Assembly (NCBI GenBank): GCA_902622985.1 | Contig: CACNSH010000004.1 | Span: 66-64,065, forward strand | Direction: 5' to 3' | DNA: 64,000 nt | Source of the DNA: an uncultured Pelagibacteraceae bacterium | GTDB lineage: Bacteria > Pseudomonadota > Alphaproteobacteria > Pelagibacterales > AG-422-B15 | Part shown: piece after piece, positions 1-8,815 of the stretch | How the letters are laid out: each line of letters starts with the position of its first letter | Position numbering within the stretch: the stretch's first letter is position 1 | Position numbers and translations under genes: made by a program | The notes under the pieces: generated by a model | Seen by the model: the letters and a program-made list of their open reading frames with translations, nothing else | What the model was told of the DNA's origin: nothing | The model's database searches: none

Positions 1-1
1 T

Positions 2-349
2 AATCTATTTTATTACTACACAAAAACCATGCGTTTTTTAAAAATTACTCCAAAAGAAGGCAAAGGTATACCTTACCCTGTTCCTGATGGTATTTGTTTA
101 GATGAAAGGATGGGGATCTGGATAGCGTCTCCAACAACCTCAGAGGTAGTTAGATATACGGAAGGTGGAAAAATAACAGATAGAATTGCTACTCCAAATA
201 GAGCATATGCATGTATGTTAGGTGGATCAGACGGCAAAAAATTATTTGTATGTACTGCTGATGCTTCTGAACCCGAAGAGGCTAAAGCCGTGAAATCTGG
301 AAAGATTTATTCAATTAATGTGGAGTATGCCAAAGCTGGGTATCCATAG
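2..349 (+). CDS. SMP-30/gluconolactonase/LRE-like protein, C-terminal fragment (5' end outside the window)
   Basis: The frame is open from nt 2, with no stop before the track's Met at 29, so the gene is cut by the window edge. The propeller-like C-terminal sequence (PDGICLDE, GKIYSINV) is recalled as lactonase/SMP-30 family. The family call is from memory only. Confidence 0.4.
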   Translation, partial: NLFYYYTKTMRFLKITPKEGKGIPYPVPDGICLDERMGIWIASPTTSEVVRYTEGGKITDRIATPNRAYACMLGGSDGKKLFVCTADASEPEEAKAVKSGKIYSINVEYAKAGYP

Positions 350-960
350 TGAAATATAAAATCTTCGGTAAATCAGAATGGGGTTCTGATATAATTGAGT
401 TCCTTTGCCATGAAATATCAATTGAATATGAGTTTGTTGAGATTGGCGATAATTTTAAAAGTGACAAAACCATACTTAATGTTAATCCTCTTGGAAGAGT
501 GCCAATGGTTGAGACGCCAAATGGCGAATATTTAATAGAAAGCATGGCGATTGTTTATCACTTTATTGAAAGAGAGAGCCAATTGATTCCTGATACTAAA
601 AATGGAATAACCGACTTCCATCAAATTATGGCATTTATGTCATCGTCAATTTATCCTGCAATCCTTCTTTATTTTCATCCTGATCATTACGTTTCTACTG
701 AAAATACTGAAGACTTAATGAATAGATCTAAATCAATCTTGGAAACTTATTTAAACTATTTAGAAAATAAAATAGGTGAATATATTGTTGGCAATTCACT
801 GTCTGCTGCAGATTTTTATTTATTCACATTGCTTTTCTGGTTGGAGGAGGATCATTTTCTTGAAAATTATCCAAAAATACAAAATTTCTACAATAAAATG
901 CTACAGAATCAGACAATAATGAAAGTAAGGAAAATACAAAATGAGAGAAAGACAGTTTAA
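349..960 (+). CDS. glutathione S-transferase family protein
   Basis: It has an N-terminal thioredoxin-like GST fold (NVNPLGRVPMVETPNGEYLIESMAIVYH, with cis-Pro VP and an ES G-site) and a helical C-terminal domain. The GTG start overlaps the upstream stop (TAGTG). Confidence 0.7.
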   Translation: MKYKIFGKSEWGSDIIEFLCHEISIEYEFVEIGDNFKSDKTILNVNPLGRVPMVETPNGEYLIESMAIVYHFIERESQLIPDTKNGITDFHQIMAFMSSSIYPAILLYFHPDHYVSTENTEDLMNRSKSILETYLNYLENKIGEYIVGNSLSAADFYLFTLLFWLEEDHFLENYPKIQNFYNKMLQNQTIMKVRKIQNERKTV

Positions 961-1528
961 AAAATTTTTTATTGTTTACGGCCATTACGATGATAATTCA
1001 TTTAATGCAGCCATAAGAGATACCTTTATAGAAAGTGCAAAAAAAGCTGGTCATACAGTTGATATGGTCGATTTATATAAAGATAAATTTGATCCTGTAT
1101 TTGCTGGAGGCAATCCTGGACCAGATGTTCTAGATCACCGAAGGAGGATTGAACAGAGTGATACAATTGTATTAATTGCTCCTATTTGGAATTTTAGAAT
1201 GCCTGCAATTCTGGAAGGCTGGATAGACAAAGTTTTAGCTCCTCCATGGGCATTTACTTTTAAACAACTGGTAGGCAACTATGGCTACCCTCAAGGTAAT
1301 TTAGGCAATAAAAAAGCGATAATATTTTGCACATACGGCTCTCCTCGTTTAGCAATAACTACTTTTTTTCTCAATTTACCAATAAGACGCTTGAAAAGAG
1401 GTGTTTTTCACATATGTGGTATTAAGAGCATACTTTATAAAAGGTATTTTGCTGTACCGTTTGTCGCTGACAAGGTTAGAAAAAAATTTTTAAAGGATGT
1501 TAAAGATACTGCTACTTTATTTCAATAA
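941..1528 (+). CDS. flavodoxin-like-fold NAD(P)H dehydrogenase (quinone) family protein
   Basis: FFIVYGHYDDNSFN and SDTIVLIAPIWNFRMPAILEGWIDKV are typical of Flavodoxin_2 / NQO-KefF-MdaB-type oxidoreductases. It overlaps the GST gene by 20 nt. Confidence 0.65.
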   Translation: MRERQFKKFFIVYGHYDDNSFNAAIRDTFIESAKKAGHTVDMVDLYKDKFDPVFAGGNPGPDVLDHRRRIEQSDTIVLIAPIWNFRMPAILEGWIDKVLAPPWAFTFKQLVGNYGYPQGNLGNKKAIIFCTYGSPRLAITTFFLNLPIRRLKRGVFHICGIKSILYKRYFAVPFVADKVRKKFLKDVKDTATLFQ

Positions 1529-1535
1529 TGACTAA

Positions 1536-1844
1536 GTGAAGAAAATAATAGAGATATTTAAGGGTCTTTGGTCACCTATAATGGACTCAAATGTAAATCC
1601 ATTAAAAAATATAACCAATCTTAAAATTCGTCACATGATAATGCAAATTCTTGCTTTTATGTGGAGCGGTGTATTTTCACTTTATATCGTTGATAGTATT
1701 TTTGTGTTTGGTTTCACTGCAATAGCTCATGCGCTATTAATTGCCGCAATTTTCATAACGATGTTTGTATTTGTCACGGCTGAAAAAAAACCCCAAATTT
1801 ATGATTTAAGATTCTTTAGGGGCAAAGATGGTGAGCACGAATAA
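1536..1844 (+). CDS. hypothetical small membrane protein (2 predicted TM helices)
   Basis: The ORF has two hydrophobic stretches (ILAFMWSGVFSLYIVDSIFVFGF and ALLIAAIFITMFVFV). The start is GTG in the track, with an alternative Met at residue 16. I recognise no family. Confidence 0.35.
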   Translation: MKKIIEIFKGLWSPIMDSNVNPLKNITNLKIRHMIMQILAFMWSGVFSLYIVDSIFVFGFTAIAHALLIAAIFITMFVFVTAEKKPQIYDLRFFRGKDGEHE

Positions 1845-1873
1845 CTTTTCCTATAATGAGTATCCAGAATAAA

Positions 1874-3391
1874 TCATTGATTTTTTGATTCTTCTATCAA
1901 CTTTATGATATTTTCGTGAACCACTGTTGCCGTATCTGGGCCCAAGGACACTACCTCGCCATATGTTTCCTCACTTTCTCCATAGATCCAAGGTGCGTCA
2001 TCATCCCACTCACTTTTTGGGATGATGTAACCGATTGAGTCATTTGCTAAATTCACCATCAAGTTTAGTTTGTCTGGAAATTGACTTCGTAAATTTGGAA
2101 CTTCTTGCGGCGTCATAACATAATCAGCTCCTTTAGGGTTTTCAATGCCGCCAATAGCAATTTCTGGATAAAGCTCTCCAGGAATTCCAGTAATAGATGC
2201 ATCTCCTATTTGTATAAATGCTACCTCACTTAGATAACGTATGAATGGTGGCCTCAGACTGAATTTAGTATCAGCATCAATTATACCGAGCAAAGTGCCG
2301 AATGAGAGCATCAAGTTTTCTATACCCAATTCTATTTCTTGTGATTGGATACTTAGTGATGGTTTAGGAGAAGTCTTAAAATCACCTGCTTGAAAAGCCT
2401 CTATAACACTGTTTGCAAGGCTATAACCATATGCGCGAGCTTTAGAATGACTCGGTTTAGTAATCATTTTTTCCAAAACAGGATCATAAATTGGATCGGT
2501 TGGTCCTGATGTCATCAAGCCTCCTATATTTCCTGTAAGCCATAGCGTGGTTCCGCCAAGACCAGGTTTAATTAACTTGTCATCATAATAAATTCCATGA
2601 CTGATACCTCTTCTTAAGTAGCCAGCAACATCAGAGGTTATGTCTAAGTTTTTATCCCATGCAAGCTCGACATGAATTCCGAAATTGATTAAAGAACCAA
2701 TAATTGAGCCGTCAGGGCGATTGAATAAAATTGCCCTTATATCATCATCTATAACGATAGGTTTTCGTTTATCTTTAATAGGGGTAAGTGGATTAGTCGG
2801 AATTAAAGCCAAACTCATTTCTGCAGCCTCTAAGTTATCGATCGCTATCTTTAATGTGCTTATAAAATCTTTTTTAAGCCGCTTCATATAGGCATCGTTG
2901 ATACCACTTTTTAAAAAACTCGGGCCCCAAAGACCTTGAGTATCTGGGCCTTCATGATTATGTGTTGCATGCACCATAATGTAATCTAAACCCCACTCAG
3001 CAGGAACATCCTCACGGACACTGAGTACAAATTTTCGCATTAACCCTATTGTATCAGCACTTATGATACCTATTCGTGTCTGGCCATCATCTATTACAAC
3101 AGCTACGGACATCAAATCATCTTTAATACCTTGGGCAGCTCGTTTATTTTGAAAACCTGCCATCCACACCGCATCAAATCGACCATTGCCATTTATATCA
3201 GTCCACTTATCAATATCTGCATCAAATTGAGCATCATTATTTATATCTTCCCATTCATCAATTAGATTAGGGGTGATCGGCATCTTAGCAAAGCCAACCT
3301 TAAATTCACTTGCATGAACTTGAGCAGTCATAATTATGCCAAACATCACAAGGGCATATAGAGTATTTTTTATATAACGGCAGTAAATCAT
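1874..3391 (-). CDS. secreted hydrolase with a neutral/alkaline-ceramidase-like N-terminal domain (putative)
   Basis: It has an N-terminal signal-like sequence (MTAQVHA/SE). GFAKMPITP, ISADTIGL and VHATHNHEGPD resemble the ceramidase-like family's GxAxxDITP and THTHSGP motifs, from recall. Confidence 0.4.
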   Translation of the reverse strand: MIYCRYIKNTLYALVMFGIIMTAQVHASEFKVGFAKMPITPNLIDEWEDINNDAQFDADIDKWTDINGNGRFDAVWMAGFQNKRAAQGIKDDLMSVAVVIDDGQTRIGIISADTIGLMRKFVLSVREDVPAEWGLDYIMVHATHNHEGPDTQGLWGPSFLKSGINDAYMKRLKKDFISTLKIAIDNLEAAEMSLALIPTNPLTPIKDKRKPIVIDDDIRAILFNRPDGSIIGSLINFGIHVELAWDKNLDITSDVAGYLRRGISHGIYYDDKLIKPGLGGTTLWLTGNIGGLMTSGPTDPIYDPVLEKMITKPSHSKARAYGYSLANSVIEAFQAGDFKTSPKPSLSIQSQEIELGIENLMLSFGTLLGIIDADTKFSLRPPFIRYLSEVAFIQIGDASITGIPGELYPEIAIGGIENPKGADYVMTPQEVPNLRSQFPDKLNLMVNLANDSIGYIIPKSEWDDDAPWIYGESEETYGEVVSLGPDTATVVHENIIKLIEESKNQ

Positions 3392-3529
3392 TCGTATCTA
3401 TCAACTATAACCGTCATTAGTAGATTTTAATATTTTTAATGAACTTATAAACTATTGTATCCAATAAATTTCTTTAAAACTTGTTGCAAAAGCAAATAAT
3501 TAAATCTTATTTTTTTAAGTGTAATTATG

Positions 3530-3607
3530 TGGCGGGAGTGACGGGACTCGAACCCGCGACCTCCTGCGTGACAGGCAGGCGCTCTAACCAGACTGAGCTA
3601 CACCCCC
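3530..3607 (-). tRNA. tRNA-Asp (anticodon GTC)
   Basis: The reverse complement folds as a cloverleaf. The acceptor is GGGGGTG/CACTCCC, the anticodon stem is CCTGC/GCAGG with loop CTGTCAC, the T arm is GCGGG-TTCGAGT-CCCGT, and CCA is encoded. Confidence 0.85.
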
Positions 3608-3640
3608 ACAGTTAAATTTTTTCCATCTCGTGGGAGGAAA

Positions 3641-3716
3641 TGGTGGGCGATGAGAGGTTCGAACTCCCGACATTCACGGTGTAAACGTGACGCTCTTCCA
3701 GCTGAGCTAATCGCCC
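3641..3716 (-). tRNA. tRNA-Val (anticodon TAC)
   Basis: The reverse complement is GGGCGATTAGCTCAGCTGGAAGAGCGTCACGTTTACACCGTGAATGTCGGGAGTTCGAACCTCTCATCGCCCACCA. The acceptor is GGGCGAT/ATCGCCC, the anticodon stem is TCACG/CGTGA with loop TTTACAC, and CCA is encoded. Confidence 0.85.
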
Positions 3717-3764
3717 GGAAAGACTGTTATATATCTATTTTAGTGAATATTCACAGATATTTAT

Positions 3765-3804
3765 AAAAAAAATCCGACCACGCTTTGTTTAAGAGTGATC
3801 GGAT
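3765..3804 (-). terminator. rho-independent terminator of hup
   Basis: On the minus-strand RNA there is a 10-bp stem (3772-3781 pairing with 3795-3804). The single plus-strand C.A mismatch becomes G.U on the minus strand. A U8 tract follows (A-run 3765-3772 on plus). The element lies 29 nt downstream of the hup stop. Confidence 0.7.
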
Positions 3805-3833
3805 TTTAAATAATTTAGTCAGCAGTTAAGAAA

Positions 3834-4127
3834 CTACATTCCTCCGCCGCCAGCATTATTAACAGCTTCTTTCAAACCTTTACCTGCAGTAAACTTAGGT
3901 CTAGTTGACTCAGGGATTTGAATAACCTCATTGGTACGTGGATTTCGCCCTTGAGATGCTTTTCTAATTGATGTTTTAAATGTGCCAAAGCCCACCAATC
4001 TTACTTCTCCTCTTGCTTTAAGAACATCAGTAATTTGGTCAAAAACTGCATTTACTGCCTTTTCTGAGTCAGATTTTTGCATACCTGTAACATCAGCTAC
4101 TTTTGCTATTAAGTCTTGTTTGTTCAT
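3834..4127 (-). CDS. hup: DNA-binding protein HU
   Basis: This is a canonical HU/IHF fold sequence (MNKQDLIAKVA, RLVGFGTFKTSIRKASQGRNPRTNEVIQIPESTRPKFTAGKGLKEAV). It has a short Gly-rich C-terminal tail. Confidence 0.9.
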   Translation of the reverse strand: MNKQDLIAKVADVTGMQKSDSEKAVNAVFDQITDVLKARGEVRLVGFGTFKTSIRKASQGRNPRTNEVIQIPESTRPKFTAGKGLKEAVNNAGGGGM

Positions 4128-4265
4128 AACCCCCCCCTTTTTTAGGAGTTTTTGATTCGTAATATAACTATGAGACCTGAACTACTATATATAGTCAAGA
4201 AAAAGCCCAAGAAAACTGCTAAAAATTAAAATTTAGGTATCTTCATTTAAGAAAATATAATTAAA

Positions 4266-6674
4266 TCAGTGTGTTATAGGATTATCCACATCTTGATCAG
4301 CATCATCTTCAGATATATCGCTAGAAGACTTAGGTGAATCCTCTTCGTCCCACTCAATAGGCAGGAGAGGCTTTGTCAAAGCTATTTTTAATACCTCATC
4401 AACATTATCGACAAATATAAGTTCCAGTCCTTCTTTTACATTATCTGGTATATCAGCCATGTCTTTTTCATTTTCCTTTGGAATTATAACAGTTTTTGTT
4501 CCGGCTCTGAGAGCGGCTAATAGTTTTTCTTTTAAACCACCAATCCCAAGTGCCTTTCCACGAAGTGTCACTTCACCTGTCATAGCAATATCTTTTCTAA
4601 CCGGTATACCTGTCAACACTGAAACTATGGATGTAACCATACCCAGGCCAGCGGATGGACCATCTTTTGGAATTGCACCTTCTGGTACATGAATATGAAT
4701 ATCACGTATCGGAAAAATAGTTGGTTTTATTCCAAACTCAATACATCTTGAGCGAACATAAGATTTTGCGGCCTGAATAGACTCTTTCATTACATCACCT
4801 AATTTACCAGTAATAGTCATGCGGCCTTTTCCAGGCATTATAACCGACTCTATTGGCAATATATCGCCACCAACTTCTGTCCAAGCAAGTCCTGTAACTA
4901 TCCCAACCTGGTCGTCATTATCAATTTCGCCAAATTTAAATTTTCTAACACCCGCAAACTCATGCAGGTTATCTTCGTTTATTGTTAGTGATCCAATGTC
5001 ACCTGCTACAATTTTTTTAACTGTTTTACGAGCAAGGTTAGCAAGTTCTCTTTCTAAACTCCTTACACCTGCTTCCCTAGTATAATATCTTATTAATCCA
5101 GTTATCGCACTATCGTCCAGTATAAGCTCACCACTCTTTAAGCCATGCTTCTCTAACATCTGTGGTGCTAAATGTTGTTTTACAATTTCTACTTTTTCAT
5201 CTTCAGTGTAGCCTGCAATTCTAATAATTTCCATTCTATCTAAAAGTGCAGGAGGCATTCTTAATGTATTAGCAGTTGTAATAAACATTGTATCAGACAA
5301 GTCATAATCAACTTCTAGATAGTGATCGTTAAATGAATTATTTTGCTCTGGATCAAGAACTTCCAATAAAGCTGACGAAGGATCTCCTCTGTAATCAGCT
5401 CCTAACTTATCAATTTCGTCTAATAGAAATAATGGATTAGATGATCCTGCTTTCTTCATCATCTGAAGAACCTTTCCAGGCAGAGATCCTATATAAGTTC
5501 TTCTGTGCCCTCTAATTTCAGCTTCATCTCTAACTCCTCCAAGTGACATTCTTACAAATTTTCTTCCCGTAGCTCTTGCAATCGACTTACCCAATGAAGT
5601 TTTACCCACACCTGGAGCTCCAACTAAACATAAAATTGGACCCTTCATTTTCTTTATTCTTTGCTGAACAGCCAAATATTCTAGTATTCTCTCTTTAACT
5701 TTTTCAAGACCATAGTGATCTTCGTTAAGAACACTCTCTGCGAATTTGATATCTTTTTTAACTTTTGTCTTTTTACCCCATGGTATTGTTAATATCCAAT
5801 CTAAATAATTTCTTATAACGCTGGATTCAGCAGACATTGGGCTCATTGATTTCAACTTTTTAATTTCTGAATAGCATTTTTCTTTTGCTTCTTTTGAGAG
5901 CTTAGTGTTCTCAATTTTCTCCTCATACTCCTGAATATCATCTTTGCCATCATCGCCTTCTCCAAGCTCCTTTTGGATGGCTTTCATTTGCTCATTTAGA
6001 TAATATTCCCTTTGAGTTTTCTCCATTTGATTTTTTACACGACCTCTAATCTTTTTTTCAACTTGCATAACATCGAGTTCCGCTTGAATAAAATTCATTA
6101 TCTTTTCAAATCTCTCGGTGAGGTCGATTGCTTCCAATATCTCTTGTTTATCAGACAACTTAATTGATAAATGTGATGCAATTGTGTCACTCAACTTAGC
6201 TAAATCATCAATTTCGTTTATTGTCCCAAGTACTTCAGGAGGAATTTTTTTATTTAAATTTACGTATTTATCAAATAGATCCGTTATTGATTTAGATAAT
6301 GCTCTCAATTTTTTATCAGAGCTATCATTGTTCTCATCAATAAGATCAATGTTGGAAACCAGAAAATCCTCATTATCGGTAAACATGTTAATTGAGGCTC
6401 TTTGAAGACCCTCAACAAGTACTTTAACAGTACCGTCAGGTAATTTTAATAATTGTAATACATTTGCTATTGTTCCAAAGTCAAAAAGGTCATCTTTTTT
6501 CGGGTCATCCACTGAAGCACTTTTTTGAGTGATCAGCATAATGCGTTTATCGCCAGCCATGACTTTCTCAAGCGCCTTTACTGATTTGTCTCTACCAACA
6601 AACAATGGGACTACCATATGAGGGAAGACAACTATATCTCTTAGTGGCAAGACCGGGATACTATTTTCAATCAT
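4266..6674 (-). CDS. lon: ATP-dependent Lon protease
   Basis: It has a LON N-domain (PVLPLRDIVVFPHMVVPLFVGR), Walker A GAPGVGKTS, a catalytic Ser in PKDGPSAG, and the Lys region GLKEKLLAA. The C-terminal tail is acidic. Confidence 0.95.
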   Translation of the reverse strand: MIENSIPVLPLRDIVVFPHMVVPLFVGRDKSVKALEKVMAGDKRIMLITQKSASVDDPKKDDLFDFGTIANVLQLLKLPDGTVKVLVEGLQRASINMFTDNEDFLVSNIDLIDENNDSSDKKLRALSKSITDLFDKYVNLNKKIPPEVLGTINEIDDLAKLSDTIASHLSIKLSDKQEILEAIDLTERFEKIMNFIQAELDVMQVEKKIRGRVKNQMEKTQREYYLNEQMKAIQKELGEGDDGKDDIQEYEEKIENTKLSKEAKEKCYSEIKKLKSMSPMSAESSVIRNYLDWILTIPWGKKTKVKKDIKFAESVLNEDHYGLEKVKERILEYLAVQQRIKKMKGPILCLVGAPGVGKTSLGKSIARATGRKFVRMSLGGVRDEAEIRGHRRTYIGSLPGKVLQMMKKAGSSNPLFLLDEIDKLGADYRGDPSSALLEVLDPEQNNSFNDHYLEVDYDLSDTMFITTANTLRMPPALLDRMEIIRIAGYTEDEKVEIVKQHLAPQMLEKHGLKSGELILDDSAITGLIRYYTREAGVRSLERELANLARKTVKKIVAGDIGSLTINEDNLHEFAGVRKFKFGEIDNDDQVGIVTGLAWTEVGGDILPIESVIMPGKGRMTITGKLGDVMKESIQAAKSYVRSRCIEFGIKPTIFPIRDIHIHVPEGAIPKDGPSAGLGMVTSIVSVLTGIPVRKDIAMTGEVTLRGKALGIGGLKEKLLAALRAGTKTVIIPKENEKDMADIPDNVKEGLELIFVDNVDEVLKIALTKPLLPIEWDEEDSPKSSSDISEDDADQDVDNPITH

Positions 6675-6752
6675 ATTCGACTCGTTAAAACCTTTAATAA
6701 TAAGAAGATCATTACTATAACTAGTAAAGTCATTTATTTTTTATCTACTATT

Positions 6753-6781
6753 TAAATGTGCATAAATTCCTAATTTTCAAG
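6753..6781 (-). promoter_or_regulatory. candidate sigma-32 (heat-shock) promoter upstream of lon
   Basis: The minus strand reads CTTGAAA, 13 nt, GCACATTTA. This compares with the E. coli-type consensus CTTGAAA-N13-15-CCCCATNT. It lies about 70-105 nt upstream of the lon ATG. The call rests on motif similarity only. Confidence 0.35.
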
Positions 6782-6799
6782 GAATAAAAGAATTAGATG

Positions 6800-8068
6800 C
6801 TAAGCGCTTGTTTCTGAAGCTTTTTTGCCATCTGTATAAGTGTAGAGCGGACGAGCACGGCCTTCCGCGACTTCGGCATTAATTACAACCTCTTCAACGC
6901 CCTCAAGGGATGGTAATTCAAACATTGTATCGAGCAAGATACTCTCGAGTATTGACCTAAGTCCTCTTGCGCCAGTTTTTCTCTCAATTGCTTTTTTTGC
7001 TATAACGCTAAGAGCTTCATTTGAAAGTATTAGTTTAACATCTTCCATGTTAAATAGTGTTTGATATTGCTTCACAAGTGCATTTTTAGGTTCTTGAAGA
7101 ATTTTTACTAATGACTCCTCGTCTAAGTCTGTAAGAGTTGTCACAATAGGTAGTCTTCCTACAAATTCTGGAATTAGCCCATAACTTAACAAATCTTCAG
7201 GCTCCAAAAGTTTTAAACTATTACCTCCAGATTTCTCTTCATAGCTTTTCACATTTGCTTGAAATCCAATACCTGAACCTTTTGATCTTTTATTGATTAT
7301 TTTATCTAAGCCAGAAAAAGCCCCACCACAAATAAATAAAATATTTGTTGTATCTACTTGTAAAAATTCTTGCTGTGGGTGCTTTCTTCCTCCTTGTGGT
7401 GGCACACTTGCAACAGTGCCTTCCATTATCTTAAGAAGTGCTTGTTGTACACCCTCGCCAGATACATCTCTCGTAATTGATGGATTTTCTGATTTTCTAC
7501 TAACTTTATCAATTTCATCAATGTACACAATGCCTCTCTGTGCCCTTTCCACATTGTAATCTGAGGCCTGTAATAATTTCAAAATAATATTCTCTACATC
7601 TTCGCCAACGTACCCGGCTTCAGTAAGAGTTGTTGCATCAGCCATAGTAAATGGTACGTCTAAAATGCGTGCTAAAGTTTGAGCCAATAGAGTTTTACCG
7701 CAACCAGTAGGTCCAATTAAAAGAATGTTAGATTTTGAAAGCTCTACATCTGACTTAAAGTTAGCATGCTCAATTCTCTTGTAATGGTTATGAACTGCGA
7801 CGGATAAATTATACTTTGCATCTTTCTGTCCTATAACAAAATCGTCTAAAGTTGCACAGATTTCTTTAGGAGTTGGAATTCTACTTGATGATTTTGCCTT
7901 AGTCTCCTTATTCTCTTCTTGAATAATATCGTTACATAACTCAACGCACTCATCACAAATGAATACAGTTGGCCCTGCAATCAACTTCTTCACTTCATGC
8001 TGACTCTTACCACAAAAAGAGCAATAGAGCGTATTCTTGCTTTTACTATCGTTATTATTTTCACTCAT
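6800..8068 (-). CDS. clpX: ATP-dependent Clp protease ATP-binding subunit ClpX
   Basis: It has an N-terminal zinc ribbon (CSFCGK...CDEC), Walker A GPTGCGKT, and IVYIDEIDK. Length and order next to clpP fit. Confidence 0.95.
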   Translation of the reverse strand: MSENNNDSKSKNTLYCSFCGKSQHEVKKLIAGPTVFICDECVELCNDIIQEENKETKAKSSSRIPTPKEICATLDDFVIGQKDAKYNLSVAVHNHYKRIEHANFKSDVELSKSNILLIGPTGCGKTLLAQTLARILDVPFTMADATTLTEAGYVGEDVENIILKLLQASDYNVERAQRGIVYIDEIDKVSRKSENPSITRDVSGEGVQQALLKIMEGTVASVPPQGGRKHPQQEFLQVDTTNILFICGGAFSGLDKIINKRSKGSGIGFQANVKSYEEKSGGNSLKLLEPEDLLSYGLIPEFVGRLPIVTTLTDLDEESLVKILQEPKNALVKQYQTLFNMEDVKLILSNEALSVIAKKAIERKTGARGLRSILESILLDTMFELPSLEGVEEVVINAEVAEGRARPLYTYTDGKKASETSA

Positions 8069-8189
8069 AATTCAATTTTTTAACAATCTGCGAATCAATA
8101 ATTATTAAGAAAAACATTTATGTAGAAAAAAAACAATTAATTTTAAAAAAAAGTGTTTATAAACAGTGGATTAAATTGACTATTTGAGG

Positions 8190-8813
8190 CTATTTCTCAG
8201 TTTTTGGCTCAACTCTTTTTTCCTGAATACTATCAATTATACCAAATTTCTGAGCCTCTTCCGGTGACATAAAGTTATCTCTTTCAAGCGCCTCCTCGAT
8301 TGCTTCAACGGGTTGGCCTGTATGTTTTGCGTATATTTTGTTTAAATTTGCTTTCATTGCCAAGACCTCTTTTGCATGAATTTCTATATCAGTTGCTTGA
8401 CCTTGAAAGCCAGCAGATGGCTGGTGCACCATTATGCGGCTATTAGGTAAAGCATATCTTTTTCCTTTTTCACCTGCTGCAAGTAAGAATGAGCCCATTG
8501 AAGCAGCCTGTCCAAAACAAAGAGTTGAGACTGGAGACTGTATAAATTGCATTGTGTCGTAAATTGCCAATCCATCACTTACAACTCCTCCAGGTGAATT
8601 TATATATAATGATATCTCTTTTTCGGGATTTTCAGATTCAAGAAACAAAAGTTGAGCTGAAACTAAAGAGGCCATGTGATCGTTAACTGGCCCGACTAAA
8701 AATATTATTCTTTCCTTTAATAATCTTGAATAAATATCAAAAGCACGTTCTCCTCTTCCCGTCTGTTCAACGACCATTGGAACCAATTGATCAAAAATTT
8801 TATTATCAATCAT
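8190..8813 (-). CDS. clpP: ATP-dependent Clp protease proteolytic subunit ClpP
   Basis: The catalytic Ser context is GQAASMGS, the His is in MVHQPS, and the Asp is in ERDNFMSP. It sits between tig and clpX. Confidence 0.95.
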   Translation of the reverse strand: MIDNKIFDQLVPMVVEQTGRGERAFDIYSRLLKERIIFLVGPVNDHMASLVSAQLLFLESENPEKEISLYINSPGGVVSDGLAIYDTMQFIQSPVSTLCFGQAASMGSFLLAAGEKGKRYALPNSRIMVHQPSAGFQGQATDIEIHAKEVLAMKANLNKIYAKHTGQPVEAIEEALERDNFMSPEEAQKFGIIDSIQEKRVEPKTEK

Positions 8814-8815
8814 TA

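Noticed and set aside
4459-6405. The track lists plus-strand ORFs inside lon (4459-4692, 4819-5085, 6118-6405). Similar 60-105-aa ORFs lie antisense or out of frame within the following genes:
- the ceramidase-like gene (2685-2891)
- clpX (7293-7559)
- tig (9547-9744)
- hsdR, hsdS and hsdM (14152-14482, 16019-16207, 17123-19027)
- glnB (24440-24733)
- gyrA, secD, tatC and others
   Set aside because: All lie entirely within long ORFs that carry strong family motifs on the other strand or frame. Their translations are low-complexity (Ser/Phe/Ile/Leu-rich mirror images) with no recognisable motifs. They are shadow ORFs.
8145-8165. A possible terminator after clpP: the palindrome TGTTTATAAACA (8154-8165) followed on the minus strand by T8 (A-run 8145-8152).
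   Set aside because: The palindrome has no loop, so at best it forms a 4-bp A/U stem. That is too weak to call an intrinsic terminator, and clpP-clpX are normally co-transcribed.
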